NCBI GenBank assembly: GCA_050298595.1
Contig: JBNKUM010000009.1
Coordinates: 32,001 to 96,000 of the forward strand
Direction: 5' to 3'
DNA length: 64,000 nucleotides
Source of the DNA: Gammaproteobacteria bacterium
Lineage (GTDB): Bacteria; Pseudomonadota; Gammaproteobacteria; GCA-001735895
The notes beneath the pieces were generated by a model. That model saw only the letters and a list, made by a program, of their open reading frames with translations. It made no database searches and was not told where the DNA came from. The position numbers were made by a program, and so were the translations under genes. Positions 47,574 to 59,072 of this stretch are shown piece after piece (within the stretch, counting starts at the first letter, position 1; each line of letters opens with the position of its first letter).

Positions 47574-47897
47574 ATGACAAAACTGTGCCAATCCCTTTTC
47601 CTTTTTTCTGCTCTTTTTGTATCTGCCTGTAGTTGGGTTGATCTGTCAAAGGAGGGAGAGAAGATTCGTGTACTGGAAACTTCTGAGGTATCCACATGTA
47701 AACATCTGGGCCAGACCACAGCAAACACTCAGGAAAAAGCGTTAGGGGTTAGACGGCATGATAAAGCGATTAATCAGGAACTCACTGCCCTGGCACGTAA
47801 TGCTGCGGCTAAGATGGGTGGAGATACTATCGTTGCCGATGGTCCAGAGGTCGGGGCCAAGCAGACTTTTCTCATCTATAAGTGCGTCGGTCAATAA
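47574..47897 (+). CDS. Lipoprotein, DUF4156-like
   Basis: Lipobox VSAC, C..LG, ARN.AAKMGGDTIV, YKC; GGAG RBS. Confidence 0.75.
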   Translation: MTKLCQSLFLFSALFVSACSWVDLSKEGEKIRVLETSEVSTCKHLGQTTANTQEKALGVRRHDKAINQELTALARNAAAKMGGDTIVADGPEVGAKQTFLIYKCVGQ

Positions 47898-47954
47898 ACG
47901 CGCTCTAATCTGATACCATTAACTCGGTGGTAATATATGTATCCGCCGGGTGAA

Positions 47955-50621
47955 TCAAATAGTCAATTCAACAGGTTCGGATGATTCCTGATCGAGTGAC
48001 TGGATGATGTTCGTCTCCAGTTTATTAAGTAGGTCCTCATCGCGTACGGCATTCTGATTTTCATCGGTGAGATAAAAGATATCCTCAATCTTTTCACCCA
48101 GAGTGGAAATCTTGGCATGCGATACTTCCAGTCCAACCTCGGCGATGAGGTTTGATATGGTATATAGCAGACCGGGGCGATCGATACTGATGATTTCCAT
48201 GATGGTTCGGTGGTTGAGTATGTCCTGAGTGAAGGTGACTTCGGTAGGGAATTTAAACGACTTAAGCTGGCGGGGCATGCGTTGCGAAATCTTGATCTTG
48301 GGCTTTTCCTGGAACTGCAGGACTTTCATCAGATTGCTACGGATCATTTCAATATCTCTGACTTCGGATAGAGGAGATCCATTCGAGTCCTGAATGACAA
48401 AGGTATCTAGCGTCTGGCCACCACTAGTGGTGTAAATATCGGCATATAATATATCCATATTCATACTGCTTAGTACGCCGACAACTCGAGAAAAAACATG
48501 CTGAACATCCTGCGTATAAATGAAAATCTCGGTAGATTTTGAACGAATAGACTGTCGAATATTAACCACTGATGGGGTTTCAAGATTATCCATTATCGAG
48601 GTGACATGCCAGACGATCTGTTCTGCTTTGTTATGCAGAAAGTAATCACCAGGAAAGTCTCCGCACAGGGCTTCGATTTCTGCTCGGCTATAGTTGGCCT
48701 GGCTGATCAGTTCACAGGCTACCTCGCGATTTTCGCTGATGATTTCTTCTATGTCCTGAGGTTGCTCTATACCCTGACGTATCACTTTTTTGGCGCCCAG
48801 ATATAGTTCGCGCAGTAAGGTGTCTTTCCAGTTATTCCATTGATGAGGATTGGTTGCGCGGATATCTGCCACTGTCAACAGGTATAGATAGTTCAACATG
48901 CTTTCGCTACCTACTTCGCGCGCAAATTTATGCACAACATCTGGATCGCTTACGTCCTTGCGCTGTGCAGTCGTTGACATCAGTAGATGCATGCGTACCA
49001 GTTGCGAAACTACGCGCGTATCTTTACGGTTCATACCATGTTGTAAACAAAATTGTTCGGCATCTTCCGCGCCTAGTACCGAGTGATCACCACCACGACC
49101 CTTGGCTATATCATGAAACAGACCGGCCAGATAGAGTAATTCGGGTTTTTCCAGTTCTTCGTGAATGGCATTACACAGGGGTAATTCGTGACGGTGTTCA
49201 TCGACCGAGAAACGACGCAGGTTTCGTATCACGAACAGGGTGTGCTGGTCTACCGTATAAGCGTGAAACAGATCGTATTGCATGCGGCCGACTATTTTTT
49301 CAAATACCGGAATATAGGCTGCCAGTACACCATAACGATTCATCCGACGGAGCTGATGAATGATACCAGTCGGTTTGCGAATGAATGACATGAATAGTTC
49401 GGTGTTTTTAGGGTCAGAGCGAAAGTTGTCATCGATCAGAGGCAGGCTTTGACGAATCAGGCGTATGGTCGCTGAAGATGCGCCCAGGATGTCCTTGCGA
49501 GTTTGCATGAGTACGAAGATTTCGATCAATGCAGAAGGGTTGTTGATGAAGACCTGGTCATTGACCGCTTCAACATAGCCGTTGCGAAGAATGAAGTCCT
49601 CATTGAGCTTTTCTTTTCGATTGAAGAAAGGCTTGAACAGAATTTCCTGGCGTAACAGCTGTAACAGCATTTCATTTAAGCGCTCCAGTTTCATGATGGT
49701 GCGATAGTATTGCTGCATAAAGAGTTCAATCGCCAGGTTGTTTTCACCTGCTTCGTAACCAAAGATTTCGGCAAGCTGGCGTTGATAATCGAATAATAAG
49801 CGGTCTTCGCGTCGCCCGGTCAGGCGGTGCAGTGCAAATCGAACCCGCCATAAATGTGTCTGACCATCAATTAGAGCCTTGTATTCTCTCTCGGTAATAA
49901 ACTCGTGGGTGACCAGTTCCTGTAACGTGCGCGCGCCGTAATGCCTTTTAGCTACCCAGCCGATCAACTGGATATCGCGCAATCCACCGGGGCCTTCCTT
50001 GACATTGGGCTCCAGGTTATAGGCTGTGTCATTAAAACGTAGATGGCGATTTTTCTGCTCTTCCAGTTTGGCTTCGAAGAATTGTTTGGAGGGCCATATC
50101 TTTTTGGTAGAAATGGCTTTTTCGTAGTTTTCGTAAAGACTCTGGCTGCCGGTGATCAGTCGAGACTCGATCATGTTGGTCATCACGGTGACATCCAGGC
50201 GTCCTTCTTTCGCGCAATCTTTCACTGTGCGCACACTGGATCCGACCTCTAGTCCAATATCCCACAGAAAAGTGACGAGCGCAGCGATTTTCTGCTCCAT
50301 CTCTTTGCTGGGTTTTTTAACTAGCAGCAACATCAGGTCAATATCCGATGCGGGCAATAGTTCTCCGCGGCCATAACCACCGACTGCCAATAATGCGTTG
50401 TTTTGCTGGTCAGAAGGGGAAAAGAACTGTTGATAGCAGTGCGTTAAAACGTGGTCGACAAAACGCGATTTCTGGCGTACCAGTAAATCTGCCGAGGCGT
50501 CCGGCGTAAATGAGTCGAACAGGATCTGGGTCGCTTTATTCAGCGCCCCAGCGATAGGTTCAATTTGGGTTCCTGCGTGTTCGAGAATCTCATCCAACCA
50601 GTTCAAAGAACTTAGTGGCAT
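47955..50621 (-). CDS. glnD: Bifunctional [protein-PII] uridylyltransferase/uridylyl-removing enzyme
   Basis: AVGGYGRGEL.P.SDIDL, EPNVKEGPGGLRD, HAYTVDQH, FHDIAKGRGGDHS, two ACT domains. Confidence 0.97.
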   Translation of the reverse strand: MPLSSLNWLDEILEHAGTQIEPIAGALNKATQILFDSFTPDASADLLVRQKSRFVDHVLTHCYQQFFSPSDQQNNALLAVGGYGRGELLPASDIDLMLLLVKKPSKEMEQKIAALVTFLWDIGLEVGSSVRTVKDCAKEGRLDVTVMTNMIESRLITGSQSLYENYEKAISTKKIWPSKQFFEAKLEEQKNRHLRFNDTAYNLEPNVKEGPGGLRDIQLIGWVAKRHYGARTLQELVTHEFITEREYKALIDGQTHLWRVRFALHRLTGRREDRLLFDYQRQLAEIFGYEAGENNLAIELFMQQYYRTIMKLERLNEMLLQLLRQEILFKPFFNRKEKLNEDFILRNGYVEAVNDQVFINNPSALIEIFVLMQTRKDILGASSATIRLIRQSLPLIDDNFRSDPKNTELFMSFIRKPTGIIHQLRRMNRYGVLAAYIPVFEKIVGRMQYDLFHAYTVDQHTLFVIRNLRRFSVDEHRHELPLCNAIHEELEKPELLYLAGLFHDIAKGRGGDHSVLGAEDAEQFCLQHGMNRKDTRVVSQLVRMHLLMSTTAQRKDVSDPDVVHKFAREVGSESMLNYLYLLTVADIRATNPHQWNNWKDTLLRELYLGAKKVIRQGIEQPQDIEEIISENREVACELISQANYSRAEIEALCGDFPGDYFLHNKAEQIVWHVTSIMDNLETPSVVNIRQSIRSKSTEIFIYTQDVQHVFSRVVGVLSSMNMDILYADIYTTSGGQTLDTFVIQDSNGSPLSEVRDIEMIRSNLMKVLQFQEKPKIKISQRMPRQLKSFKFPTEVTFTQDILNHRTIMEIISIDRPGLLYTISNLIAEVGLEVSHAKISTLGEKIEDIFYLTDENQNAVRDEDLLNKLETNIIQSLDQESSEPVELTI

Positions 50622-50637
50622 AACATTAGATATCCAT

Positions 50638-51405
50638 TCAGAGTGGGTAGTCAGGATGTAATGTTAACACTTCGAAGCCATCTTCGGTGACTAGATTAGT
50701 ATGTTCCCATTGCGCTGATAGACTGTGATCCTTGGTGACTACGGTCCAGTCATCGGGTAGCAATTTAACATGACGTTTGCCAAGATTGACCATGGGCTCG
50801 ATGGTAAAGGTCATGCCTGGTTTCAGAGTTATACCACTACCAGCAGGGCCGTAATGCAGGACCTGAGGCTCTTCATGAAATACCTTACCTATGCCATGCC
50901 CACAGTATTCGCGCACAATGCTGCAATGATTTTTTTCGGCATAAGTTTGAATAGCGTGGCCTATATCGCCCAGTTTTATGCCGGGCTTTATCATTTCTAT
51001 GCCGATTTTCATGCAATCATAGGCCACCTGAGACAGGCGCTGACCCTGAATTTTCGGCTTGCCAACCAGAAACATACGACTGGTGTCTCCATGATAGCCA
51101 TCCTTGATTACGGTAATATCGATATTGACGATATCGCCATCTTTTAGAACCCGATCAGAAGGGATGCCATGACACACCTGATGATTGACGGAGGTGCAGA
51201 TGGATTTGGGGTAGCCCCGGTAGTTAAGTGGAGCAGGTATCACCTGTTGCTCGTTAACCATATAGTCATGACAGAGTCGATCCAGTTCGCCAGTAGTGAC
51301 ACCAGGCACTACGTGCGGTTCGATCATTTTCAGTACATCGGCCGCCAATCTTCCTGCTATACGCATTTTGTCGATTTCTACTGCCGTTTTCAGCGTAATA
51401 GCCAT
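50638..51405 (-). CDS. map: Methionine aminopeptidase type I
   Basis: VCHGIP, NIDITV, GDTSRMF, GHGIG..FHEEPQV, TIEPM, QWEHT. Confidence 0.97.
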   Translation of the reverse strand: MAITLKTAVEIDKMRIAGRLAADVLKMIEPHVVPGVTTGELDRLCHDYMVNEQQVIPAPLNYRGYPKSICTSVNHQVCHGIPSDRVLKDGDIVNIDITVIKDGYHGDTSRMFLVGKPKIQGQRLSQVAYDCMKIGIEMIKPGIKLGDIGHAIQTYAEKNHCSIVREYCGHGIGKVFHEEPQVLHYGPAGSGITLKPGMTFTIEPMVNLGKRHVKLLPDDWTVVTKDHSLSAQWEHTNLVTEDGFEVLTLHPDYPL

Positions 51406-51442
51406 ATATTTCTCGATATCTTATTGTTGAAAAGGTGCGATT

Positions 51443-51461
51443 ATGGTATAAAGCGCGCGCC
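51443..51461 (+). promoter_or_regulatory. rpsB promoter: extended -10 and GC-rich discriminator
   Basis: ATGGTATAAAGCGCGCGCC, matching the conserved gammaproteobacterial rpsB promoter TGnTATAAAGCGCGCC. Confidence 0.65.
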
Positions 51462-51515
51462 TTAAGCAACATTGCTTAAGGGTTATTATTTTAAACCGCC
51501 TTTGGGCGGTAATTT

Positions 51516-51601
51516 CACACACTTACCGACACATTATTTATGGGTGCCGTAATTTTACCAGAGTTTCGGTCTTAATAATGGGGTAAGTGGAGGCTCAACC
51601 C
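51516..51601 (+). ncRNA. rpsB leader (t44 / S2 autoregulatory element)
   Basis: CACACAC...CGACACAT...GGGTGCC...TCGGT...ATGGG...GTGGAGGC..AACCC between map and rpsB. Confidence 0.8.
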
Positions 51602-51665
51602 AAAGTGTATTGTTGCTGGTCAATGACCTGGCCGTGCACTTTATATGACATCTGGAGATATCATT

Positions 51666-52619
51666 ATGTCTAACATCACTATGCGTGAAATGTTGGAAGC
51701 GGGCGTTCATTTTGGACACCAAACCCGTTTCTGGAATCCTAAAATGGCACCGTACATTTTCGGTGAGCGCAACAAAATTCATATTATCAATCTGGAAAAA
51801 TCATTACCTATGTGTAATGAGGCAACTTCCTATCTGGGTAAGATTGCAGCTAAAAAAGGTAAAATCATGTTTGTCGGCACCAAGCGCGCGGCACGTGATG
51901 CAGTCGAAAAAGCCGCTCAAAGCTGTAATATGCCTTACGTCAATCACCGCTGGTTAGGTGGTATGTTGACTAATTTCCGCACAGTACGTCAGTCGATCCG
52001 TCGACTGAAAGAACTGGAAGAAATGGAAGAAAATAATTCTTACGATGTTAAAAATAAGAAAGAAATCCTCAACCTGCAACGCGAGCAGGAAAAACTGAAT
52101 AAAACTCTGGGCGGTATCAAGGATATGAACGGTCTGCCAGATGCTATTTTTGTTATTGATGTAGGCTACGAAAAAATTGCCATTCAGGAAGCTACCAAGC
52201 TAGGCATTCCTGTCGTTGGTGTTGTAGATACCAATAATTCTCCTAAAGATGTCGAATACATCGTTCCTGGTAATGATGATTCTATGCGCGCAATTGCCTT
52301 ATACCTTCGTGTGGCTGCTGAAGCTATCAATGATGGAAAAGCTTCAATTACCACTGCTGCGGCCGATGATGAATTTATCGAAGTAGTTGAAGAAGAAGCG
52401 GTAGTTGCGCCTGCTGCTGATAAAAAAGCAGCACCTAAAAAGGTATCTATCACTAAAAAAGCTGAAGCCACTGAAGAAGCTGTTGAAGCAGTAGAAGCAG
52501 AGCCTGTTGAAGCTGAAAAGTCGACTGAAAAGGCTGCACCTAAAAAAGCGGCGACCAAAAAGGCTGCCACCAAAAAGGCGGCTCCTAAAAAGGCCGCTGA
52601 TGAGTCAGATGCCGAGTAA
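51666..52619 (+). CDS. rpsB: 30S ribosomal protein S2 with long C-terminal extension
   Basis: [36 protein letters not shown]; GGAG RBS before ATG 51666. Confidence 0.98.
   Translation: MSNITMREMLEAGVHFGHQTRFWNPKMAPYIFGERNKIHIINLEKSLPMCNEATSYLGKIAAKKGKIMFVGTKRAARDAVEKAAQSCNMPYVNHRWLGGMLTNFRTVRQSIRRLKELEEMEENNSYDVKNKKEILNLQREQEKLNKTLGGIKDMNGLPDAIFVIDVGYEKIAIQEATKLGIPVVGVVDTNNSPKDVEYIVPGNDDSMRAIALYLRVAAEAINDGKASITTAAADDEFIEVVEEEAVVAPAADKKAAPKKVSITKKAEATEEAVEAVEAEPVEAEKSTEKAAPKKAATKKAATKKAAPKKAADESDAE
52529..52598 (+). repeat. Degenerate 15-bp tandem repeat encoding KKAA(P/T) units
   Basis: [23 protein letters not shown] at the S2 C-terminus. Confidence 0.75.
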
Positions 52620-52652
52620 TTTTTTGATACTGAATTTAAAGAGGAAAATATA

Positions 52653-53525
52653 GTGGCTATTACAGCATCCTTAGTTAAAGAGCTGCGCGAGCGCACTGGC
52701 GCAGGCATGATGGAGTGCAAGAAAGCACTGGTTGAATGTGATGGTGATATCGAAGCAGCAGCGGAGCTGATGCGTAAATCAGGTGCTGCGAAAGCGGATA
52801 AGAAGTCTGGCCGTGTTGCTGCAGATGGTGCAGTTAAAATCAAGGTATCCGACGACGGCAAAAAAGCGGCTGTAGTTGAGATCAACAGCGAAACTGACTT
52901 CGTTGCCAAAGATGACAACTTCCAGTCTTTTGCAGACGCGGTAACGGATATTATCTTTGATCAACAGCCTGCAGATGTTGCAGCGCTAGCAGATATGAAA
53001 ACCGCTTCTGGTGATACTGTTGAGCAGGCACGTCAGGCCCTGATTGCCAAGATTGGTGAGAATATTCAGGTTAGACGTTTTGAAATTGTCAATACTGAAG
53101 ATAGTCTGGTTTCCTACCAGCATGGTGCGCGCATCGGTGTTCTGGTGAATTCTTCTGCGAACAGTGAAATGGCTCGTGATATTGCAATGCATATTGCAGC
53201 GGCTAATCCAAAGTATATTCAGGAATCTGATGTGCCTGCTGATTTCATTGAGAAGGAAAAAGAGATATTGATCGCTCAGGCCGAATCTAGTGGTAAACCT
53301 CGTGAAATCATCGAAAAAATGATTCAGGGTCGTCTGAAGAAATACCTTGGCGAAATCACATTGCTGGGGCAGCCTTTTGTTAAAGATCCTGATCAAACGG
53401 TCGGTAAATTGCTGTCTTCAGCAAATGCTGCTGTTAATAGCTTCATTCGCTACGAAGTGGGTGAAGGTATCGAAAAGAAACAGGAAGACTTCGCGGCTGA
53501 AGTTATGGCCCAGGTGAAGGGCTAG
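52653..53525 (+). CDS. tsf: Elongation factor Ts
   Basis: [34 protein letters not shown]; GTG start with GAGG. Confidence 0.98.
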   Translation: MAITASLVKELRERTGAGMMECKKALVECDGDIEAAAELMRKSGAAKADKKSGRVAADGAVKIKVSDDGKKAAVVEINSETDFVAKDDNFQSFADAVTDIIFDQQPADVAALADMKTASGDTVEQARQALIAKIGENIQVRRFEIVNTEDSLVSYQHGARIGVLVNSSANSEMARDIAMHIAAANPKYIQESDVPADFIEKEKEILIAQAESSGKPREIIEKMIQGRLKKYLGEITLLGQPFVKDPDQTVGKLLSSANAAVNSFIRYEVGEGIEKKQEDFAAEVMAQVKG

Positions 53526-53535
53526 TACCATATCT

Positions 53536-53562
53536 AAAAGGCCGCTAACGCGGCCTTTTTTT
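53536..53562 (+). terminator. Rho-independent terminator after tsf
   Basis: AAAAGGCCGC-TAAC-GCGGCC-TTTTTTT. Confidence 0.9.
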
Positions 53563-53618
53563 GATTGACTCAGCGAGTGAATCTAACTCGTTAAAAAATT
53601 TAACAGTCTGGAAAATCC

Positions 53619-54335
53619 ATGCCAAATTTAAAATACAAACGACTGTTGGTAAAACTCAGTGGTGAAGCGCTGATGGGGCAATACGATTTTGGAATCGATC
53701 CGCAAATGATTTCCGATATGGCAGTCGAGATGCAAAATCTGCAACAGGCCGGTGTTGAGATAGGTATCGTCATTGGTGGCGGCAATATCTTCCGTGGTGC
53801 CGGGCTTGCTAAAGCAGGCCTGGACCGTGTTGCTGGTGACCACATGGGTATGCTGGCCACAGTCATGAACTCGCTTGCTCTGAAAGATGGTCTTGAGAAA
53901 AAGGGGCTGAAAGTCAGTGTGATGTCAGGGCTGTCTATGCCAGAAGTCTGTGAACCTTATACCCAGCGTGGTGCTCGCGCGAAGATCGCTAGTGGTGAAA
54001 TCGTTATTTTCGCTGGTGGAACAGGTAACCCTTATTTTACTACCGATACTGCGGCCAGTTTACGGGCCATAGAAATACAGGCTGACCTGATGATCAAAGC
54101 CACCAAGGTTGATGGTATCTACGATGCTGATCCTGTGAAAAATCCTTCAGCGGTAAAATACGACCAGTTAACTTATCAGCAAGCGATAGATCAGCGTCTG
54201 GCGGTAATGGATATTACTGCGATGGTGTTATGCCATGAGAATGACCTGGATATGTCGGTGTGCAATATCAGCCAATCGAATGCAATTCTGGCTCTGGCTC
54301 AGGGTGAGAACCTGGGCACCAGAGTGACCAATTAG
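53619..54335 (+). CDS. pyrH: UMP kinase
   Basis: KLSGEAL, GGGNIFRG, GDHMGMLATVMN, GTGNPYFTTD. Confidence 0.97.
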   Translation: MPNLKYKRLLVKLSGEALMGQYDFGIDPQMISDMAVEMQNLQQAGVEIGIVIGGGNIFRGAGLAKAGLDRVAGDHMGMLATVMNSLALKDGLEKKGLKVSVMSGLSMPEVCEPYTQRGARAKIASGEIVIFAGGTGNPYFTTDTAASLRAIEIQADLMIKATKVDGIYDADPVKNPSAVKYDQLTYQQAIDQRLAVMDITAMVLCHENDLDMSVCNISQSNAILALAQGENLGTRVTN

Positions 54336-54346
54336 AGGAAAACTAG

Positions 54347-54904
54347 ATGATAAATGATATCCAGAAGGACGCTTTGTCCCGTATGAATAAAAGTATCGAA
54401 GCCTATAAGGTGGAACTGACAAAGATCCGTACTGGGCGAGCTCATCCCAGTCTGCTGGACCATATAACAGTAGAATATTACGGTAGTCAGGTACCGATCT
54501 CTCAGGCTGCCAATATTACCGCAGAAGACTCGCGCACCCTGGCTGTGACCGCATGGGATAGCAGCATGGTACCCGCCATAGAAAAGGCGATTATGACCTC
54601 TGATCTGGGCTTGAATCCAAATTCAGCTGGGACTGTGATTCGCGTTCCTATGCCGCCTTTAACCGAAGAACGCCGTCGTGATCTGGTAAAGGTCGTTAAG
54701 GAGTTAACCGAAAACGCACGTGTTGCTGTGCGTAATATTCGTCGTGATGCAAATAGCGAATTAAAGATGCTGCAAAAGGAAAAAGAGATTTCCGAAGACG
54801 ATGAACGTAAGGGCCAGGATCTGATTCAAAAGGTAACCGATCAATCCATCGCAAAACTGGAAGAATTGCTGCAGGAAAAAGACAGAGAACTGATGGAAAT
54901 CTGA
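54347..54904 (+). CDS. frr: Ribosome recycling factor
   Basis: [33 protein letters not shown]. Confidence 0.97.
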   Translation: MINDIQKDALSRMNKSIEAYKVELTKIRTGRAHPSLLDHITVEYYGSQVPISQAANITAEDSRTLAVTAWDSSMVPAIEKAIMTSDLGLNPNSAGTVIRVPMPPLTEERRRDLVKVVKELTENARVAVRNIRRDANSELKMLQKEKEISEDDERKGQDLIQKVTDQSIAKLEELLQEKDRELMEI

Positions 54905-54938
54905 TTTCGGTCAGAATCCAGGTTTAGTCATTAGTTTC

Positions 54939-55685
54939 ATGCAGGATCAAAGTAACAACGAATCCGCTATCCCCAAGCACATTGCCATCATTATGGATGG
55001 CAATGGGCGATGGGCGAAACAGCGCCATATGCCCAGGACCTATGGTCATAAAAAGGGCGTTGATGCGACTCGCAGATCGATCTCATTTTTTGCTCAAGCA
55101 GGTGTTAAGCACCTAACCCTGTTTGCCTTTAGCAGTGAAAACTGGAATCGCCCACAGGAAGAGGTTTCTACCTTAATGGGGTTGTTTGTGACCTCATTAC
55201 AGAAAAATACCAGAGAATTACACAGCAATGGCATTCGTATTCGTTTCATTGGTGACCGTAGAGCTTTCAGTGCCAGGCTGGTGGCTCAAATTGAAGAGTC
55301 CGAATCACTGACAGCGAATAACACACAAATGACACTCAATGTGGCGGCAAATTACGGTGGTCAATGGGATATTCTGCAGGCCGTGCAAAAGCTGGCACAA
55401 CAGGTTGAAGGTCAACAATTGAGAGCCGATGAAATTAATGCCGAGATGCTCGCCGCGCATTTAAGCCTTGCCGATTCACCAGATCCTGATTTATTTATAC
55501 GTACCGGTGGTGAAACCCGCATCAGTAATTTTCTACTCTGGCAGCTGGCCTATAGCGAGCTGTTTTTTACTGATGTGCTGTGGCCTGATTTTTCTGAGCA
55601 AGAGATGCAGATGGCACTGGACAACTATGCCGGACGTCAGCGACGATTCGGTAAAACCGGCGATCAGCTTTCATCGGCGAGTTGA
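54939..55685 (+). CDS. uppS: Undecaprenyl diphosphate synthase
   Basis: HIAIIMDGNGRWA, FSSENWNRP, IRTGGETRISNFLLWQ. Confidence 0.96.
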   Translation: MQDQSNNESAIPKHIAIIMDGNGRWAKQRHMPRTYGHKKGVDATRRSISFFAQAGVKHLTLFAFSSENWNRPQEEVSTLMGLFVTSLQKNTRELHSNGIRIRFIGDRRAFSARLVAQIEESESLTANNTQMTLNVAANYGGQWDILQAVQKLAQQVEGQQLRADEINAEMLAAHLSLADSPDPDLFIRTGGETRISNFLLWQLAYSELFFTDVLWPDFSEQEMQMALDNYAGRQRRFGKTGDQLSSAS

Positions 55686-55693
55686 GAATTGAT

Positions 55694-56515
55694 ATGCTAA
55701 AACAGAGAATCCTTACCGCCATTCCCCTGGCCCTGGTCGTTCTTGGAACTATTGTGTATCTGGATACCCAATATGCGGCTTACCTGTTCGGGCTGATTCT
55801 AGTGGTATCGATATTTGAACTGGCTAATCTGGTCGGTATTCACAATAAAATCATACAGTGGGGGCTTGCTGTGCTGATGTTAGCCAGCTTTTTTCTACTA
55901 CTACCGCAGATGGGCATACGTTCCCTGTTTTATCACAGCTATCTGGGCCTGCTGCTGTGGATTGGAATTCTACTATCGATGATGGAGTACCGTTTTTCAG
56001 GCGAGTGGAGTCAGGGCAGGCGTCTGGCTACAGGGCTGTTATCCGCCCTGTTGATATGGATATGCGTGAATGGACTGATGTTTATACTTTCACATTTTAC
56101 AAATGGCGGCTGGCTGCTGATGTATCTACTTACTCTAGTCTGGGTGGCCGATATTGGCGCTTATTTTTCGGGCAAAAAATTTGGCAAGCACAAGCTTGCT
56201 CCCGGTATCAGTCCAGGCAAAACCTGGGAAGGCGTAATCGGCGGTTTACTGCTGAATGTGATCTGGATTTCACTGGTGTATACGCTGTCACAGGGCTGGG
56301 GGCTCAACTATATCTGGTTCCTGATACTGGGGCTTTTGACATCAGCATTATCGGTAGTGGGGGATCTGTTCGAAAGCATTCTCAAACGCGAAGCTGGAAT
56401 GAAGGATAGTGGCAAAATGCTTCCCGGACATGGCGGTATACTGGATCGTATCGATTCGGTGATAGCTGCGACTCCGGTTTATCTGGCAGGTCTTTATATG
56501 CTAGGTGCAATTTAA
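55694..56515 (+). CDS. cdsA: Phosphatidate cytidylyltransferase
   Basis: [46 protein letters not shown]. Confidence 0.95.
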   Translation: MLKQRILTAIPLALVVLGTIVYLDTQYAAYLFGLILVVSIFELANLVGIHNKIIQWGLAVLMLASFFLLLPQMGIRSLFYHSYLGLLLWIGILLSMMEYRFSGEWSQGRRLATGLLSALLIWICVNGLMFILSHFTNGGWLLMYLLTLVWVADIGAYFSGKKFGKHKLAPGISPGKTWEGVIGGLLLNVIWISLVYTLSQGWGLNYIWFLILGLLTSALSVVGDLFESILKREAGMKDSGKMLPGHGGILDRIDSVIAATPVYLAGLYMLGAI

Positions 56516-57681
56516 TGAAATCAATTTCAATTCTGGGCGCTACCGGTTCTATCGGCCAGAGTACTCTGGATGTTATCTCCCGACATCCGGACAAGTTTCG
56601 TTTATTTGCAGTCACAGCTAATACTCAGGTCGATAAAATGGCGCAAATCTGTCGACAGTTTCAGCCAGAAGTGGCAGTTATGGCTGACGAAGACAGTGCT
56701 ACAGCCTTACATCAGCAGATTAAGGATCTTACCAATATCACCATACTATCCGGTGAGTCAGGGCTGATACAGGTCGCCAGCGATACACAGGTCGATGTAG
56801 TGATGGCAGCCATAGTTGGCTCGGTAGGATTAATGCCGACCTTATCAGCAGTCAGAGCAGGCAAGCGCGTACTTTTGGCCAATAAAGAAAGTCTGGTGAT
56901 GGCTGGACATTTGTTCATGCAGGAAGTAAACGAGCATAAAGCCGAGTTATTACCCATCGATAGCGAGCATAATGCTATTTTCCAATGCCTGCCTACAGAT
57001 TATGCAACCGGGTTAGCGAATAAAGGGGTGAGTAAGATTCTGTTGACCGGCTCAGGTGGACCGTTTAGAGAGACTCCTCTGGATCAGTTTGCCAGTATTA
57101 CTCCTGAGCAGGCGATTGCCCACCCCAACTGGAGTATGGGGCCGAAAATCTCGGTTGACTCAGCAACTATGATGAACAAAGGTCTGGAATTAATTGAAGC
57201 CTGCTGGCTATTCGATGTCGATGAAAGCTTTGTCCAGATTGTTTTACACCCGCAGAGTATTATTCATTCCATGGTGGCTTATAATGATGGTTCGGTACTC
57301 GCGCAGATGGGTAATCCGGATATGCGTACACCCATAGCCAATGCACTGGGATGGCCGCAAAGAATTGTAAGTGGGGTTGAACCACTTGACCTGATAGCGG
57401 TCAGTACACTAGATTTCGCTGACGCTGATGAAAATCGATTTCCCTGCCTGCGTCTGGCGCGTCAGGCGATACTACAGGGTGGGACTAGCACTGCAATATT
57501 AAATGCTGCAAATGAAATGGCGGTAGCTGCCTTTTTGCAGAAGAAAATTCCATTTATACGGATACCTGAAATTATTAAACTCACCATGGATTCAATCTCC
57601 TCACATGCCAGCGATAATCTGCAACAGATTTTGCTTGATGATCGGGCTGCGCGTGACTTTGTCGATCAACAGATAGGCTGA
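56515..57681 (+). CDS. dxr: 1-deoxy-D-xylulose 5-phosphate reductoisomerase
   Basis: [47 protein letters not shown]. Confidence 0.97.
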   Translation: MKSISILGATGSIGQSTLDVISRHPDKFRLFAVTANTQVDKMAQICRQFQPEVAVMADEDSATALHQQIKDLTNITILSGESGLIQVASDTQVDVVMAAIVGSVGLMPTLSAVRAGKRVLLANKESLVMAGHLFMQEVNEHKAELLPIDSEHNAIFQCLPTDYATGLANKGVSKILLTGSGGPFRETPLDQFASITPEQAIAHPNWSMGPKISVDSATMMNKGLELIEACWLFDVDESFVQIVLHPQSIIHSMVAYNDGSVLAQMGNPDMRTPIANALGWPQRIVSGVEPLDLIAVSTLDFADADENRFPCLRLARQAILQGGTSTAILNAANEMAVAAFLQKKIPFIRIPEIIKLTMDSISSHASDNLQQILLDDRAARDFVDQQIG

Positions 57682-57691
57682 TGATCTGATT

Positions 57692-59071
57692 ATGGATGTA
57701 GCTACTTTTATCACTAGTGCATTCGCCTTTGTTGCTGCCATCGGCATATTGGTGACCATTCATGAATTTGGTCATTACTGGGTGGCACGACTGTGTGGCG
57801 TTAAGGTCCTGCGTTTTTCGGTAGGCTTTGGTAAGCCTCTATGGCTGAAAAAAGCCGGTGAAGATCAGATCGAATACGTATTGGCAGCAATCCCACTGGG
57901 CGGTTACGTTAAGATGCTGGATGAGCGTGAAGGTGAGGTACCCGAAGCTGAAAAACATCGTGCTTTTAATCGTCAATCGGTAAGCAAACGATTTGCTATC
58001 GTTTTAGCAGGGCCCGCTTTTAATTTTATCTTTGCTATCATAGCTTACAGCCTGATGTATATGAATGGTGTCTCGGGCCTGAAACCATTTATCGGTAACA
58101 TCCAGACAGAGAGTGTGGCTGCACAGGCAGATCTCAGAGAAAAGGATCTTATTATTTCAGTGAATGGGGTAGCAACACCTAGTTGGGAAAAGGCCCGTTT
58201 TCAGTTATTACAACAATCGGTAGATAATAGCCTGCTGACTTTAGAGGTTCAGGGTGCTAACTATCAAAACCGTGAAGTCACTCTGGATATCCGCGATCAG
58301 GCAATACTTGAGGATGAAGGTACGGATGTGCTGGAATTACTCGGTTTTTCCATGTGGCGCCCGCAGTTACCACCGAAGATCGATGAAGTCATTGCTGGTG
58401 GAGCCGCCGAAGCCGCTGGAATTAAGGCTGGAGATCTGATTCAGTCGCTAAATGGGCAAACAATCGAAAATGTTCACCAATGGGTAGACACTATCCGGGC
58501 ACATCCATTAGAGACTATGGATCTGATCGTATTACGCGATGGGGTAAATAAGCGACTGTCGCTAACCCCAAATAGCAAACAGGATGATGGTGAAACCATC
58601 GGTTATATTGGAGTTAAAAATGTAGTAGTGATTCCTGAGACTGTACGCCAGGAAATGCGCTCTTTAGAAAAGTATGGTGTTTTCGAGTCTGTCGCAGAAT
58701 CGATTAATAAAACCTGGCAAATGTCAGCATTGACGCTCAAGGTTCTTGGTAAACTTGTCATAGGTGAAGCAAGTCTGAAAAATTTATCGGGTCCTATTAC
58801 CATTGCCAAATACGCTGGGCTTTCCGCGAGTATTGGTGCCGAACAGTTTTTCTCGTTTCTGGCCATTATCAGTATCAGTCTGGGTGTATTAAACCTGTTA
58901 CCCGTGCCAATGCTGGATGGTGGGCATTTGATGTACTACCTGATAGAAATTCTAAAAGGCAGCCCGGTATCCGAAGCTGTGGAATCCTTTGGTCAACGGA
59001 TAGGCATTGCGATTTTGCTATTATTAATGACCGTTGCCATATATAACGATTTATTGCGTCTGGTGAATTAG
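57692..59071 (+). CDS. rseP: RIP metalloprotease RseP
   Basis: HEFGH, two PDZ domains, NLLPVPMLDGG. Confidence 0.96.
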   Translation: MDVATFITSAFAFVAAIGILVTIHEFGHYWVARLCGVKVLRFSVGFGKPLWLKKAGEDQIEYVLAAIPLGGYVKMLDEREGEVPEAEKHRAFNRQSVSKRFAIVLAGPAFNFIFAIIAYSLMYMNGVSGLKPFIGNIQTESVAAQADLREKDLIISVNGVATPSWEKARFQLLQQSVDNSLLTLEVQGANYQNREVTLDIRDQAILEDEGTDVLELLGFSMWRPQLPPKIDEVIAGGAAEAAGIKAGDLIQSLNGQTIENVHQWVDTIRAHPLETMDLIVLRDGVNKRLSLTPNSKQDDGETIGYIGVKNVVVIPETVRQEMRSLEKYGVFESVAESINKTWQMSALTLKVLGKLVIGEASLKNLSGPITIAKYAGLSASIGAEQFFSFLAIISISLGVLNLLPVPMLDGGHLMYYLIEILKGSPVSEAVESFGQRIGIAILLLLMTVAIYNDLLRLVN

Positions 59072-59072
59072 A

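Noticed and set aside
52184-52918. 244-aa minus-strand ORF
   Set aside because: Antisense shadow of rpsB/tsf produced by codon bias
55858-56409. 183-aa alternative-frame ORF within cdsA
   Set aside because: Wholly overlaps a conserved gene; no recognisable features
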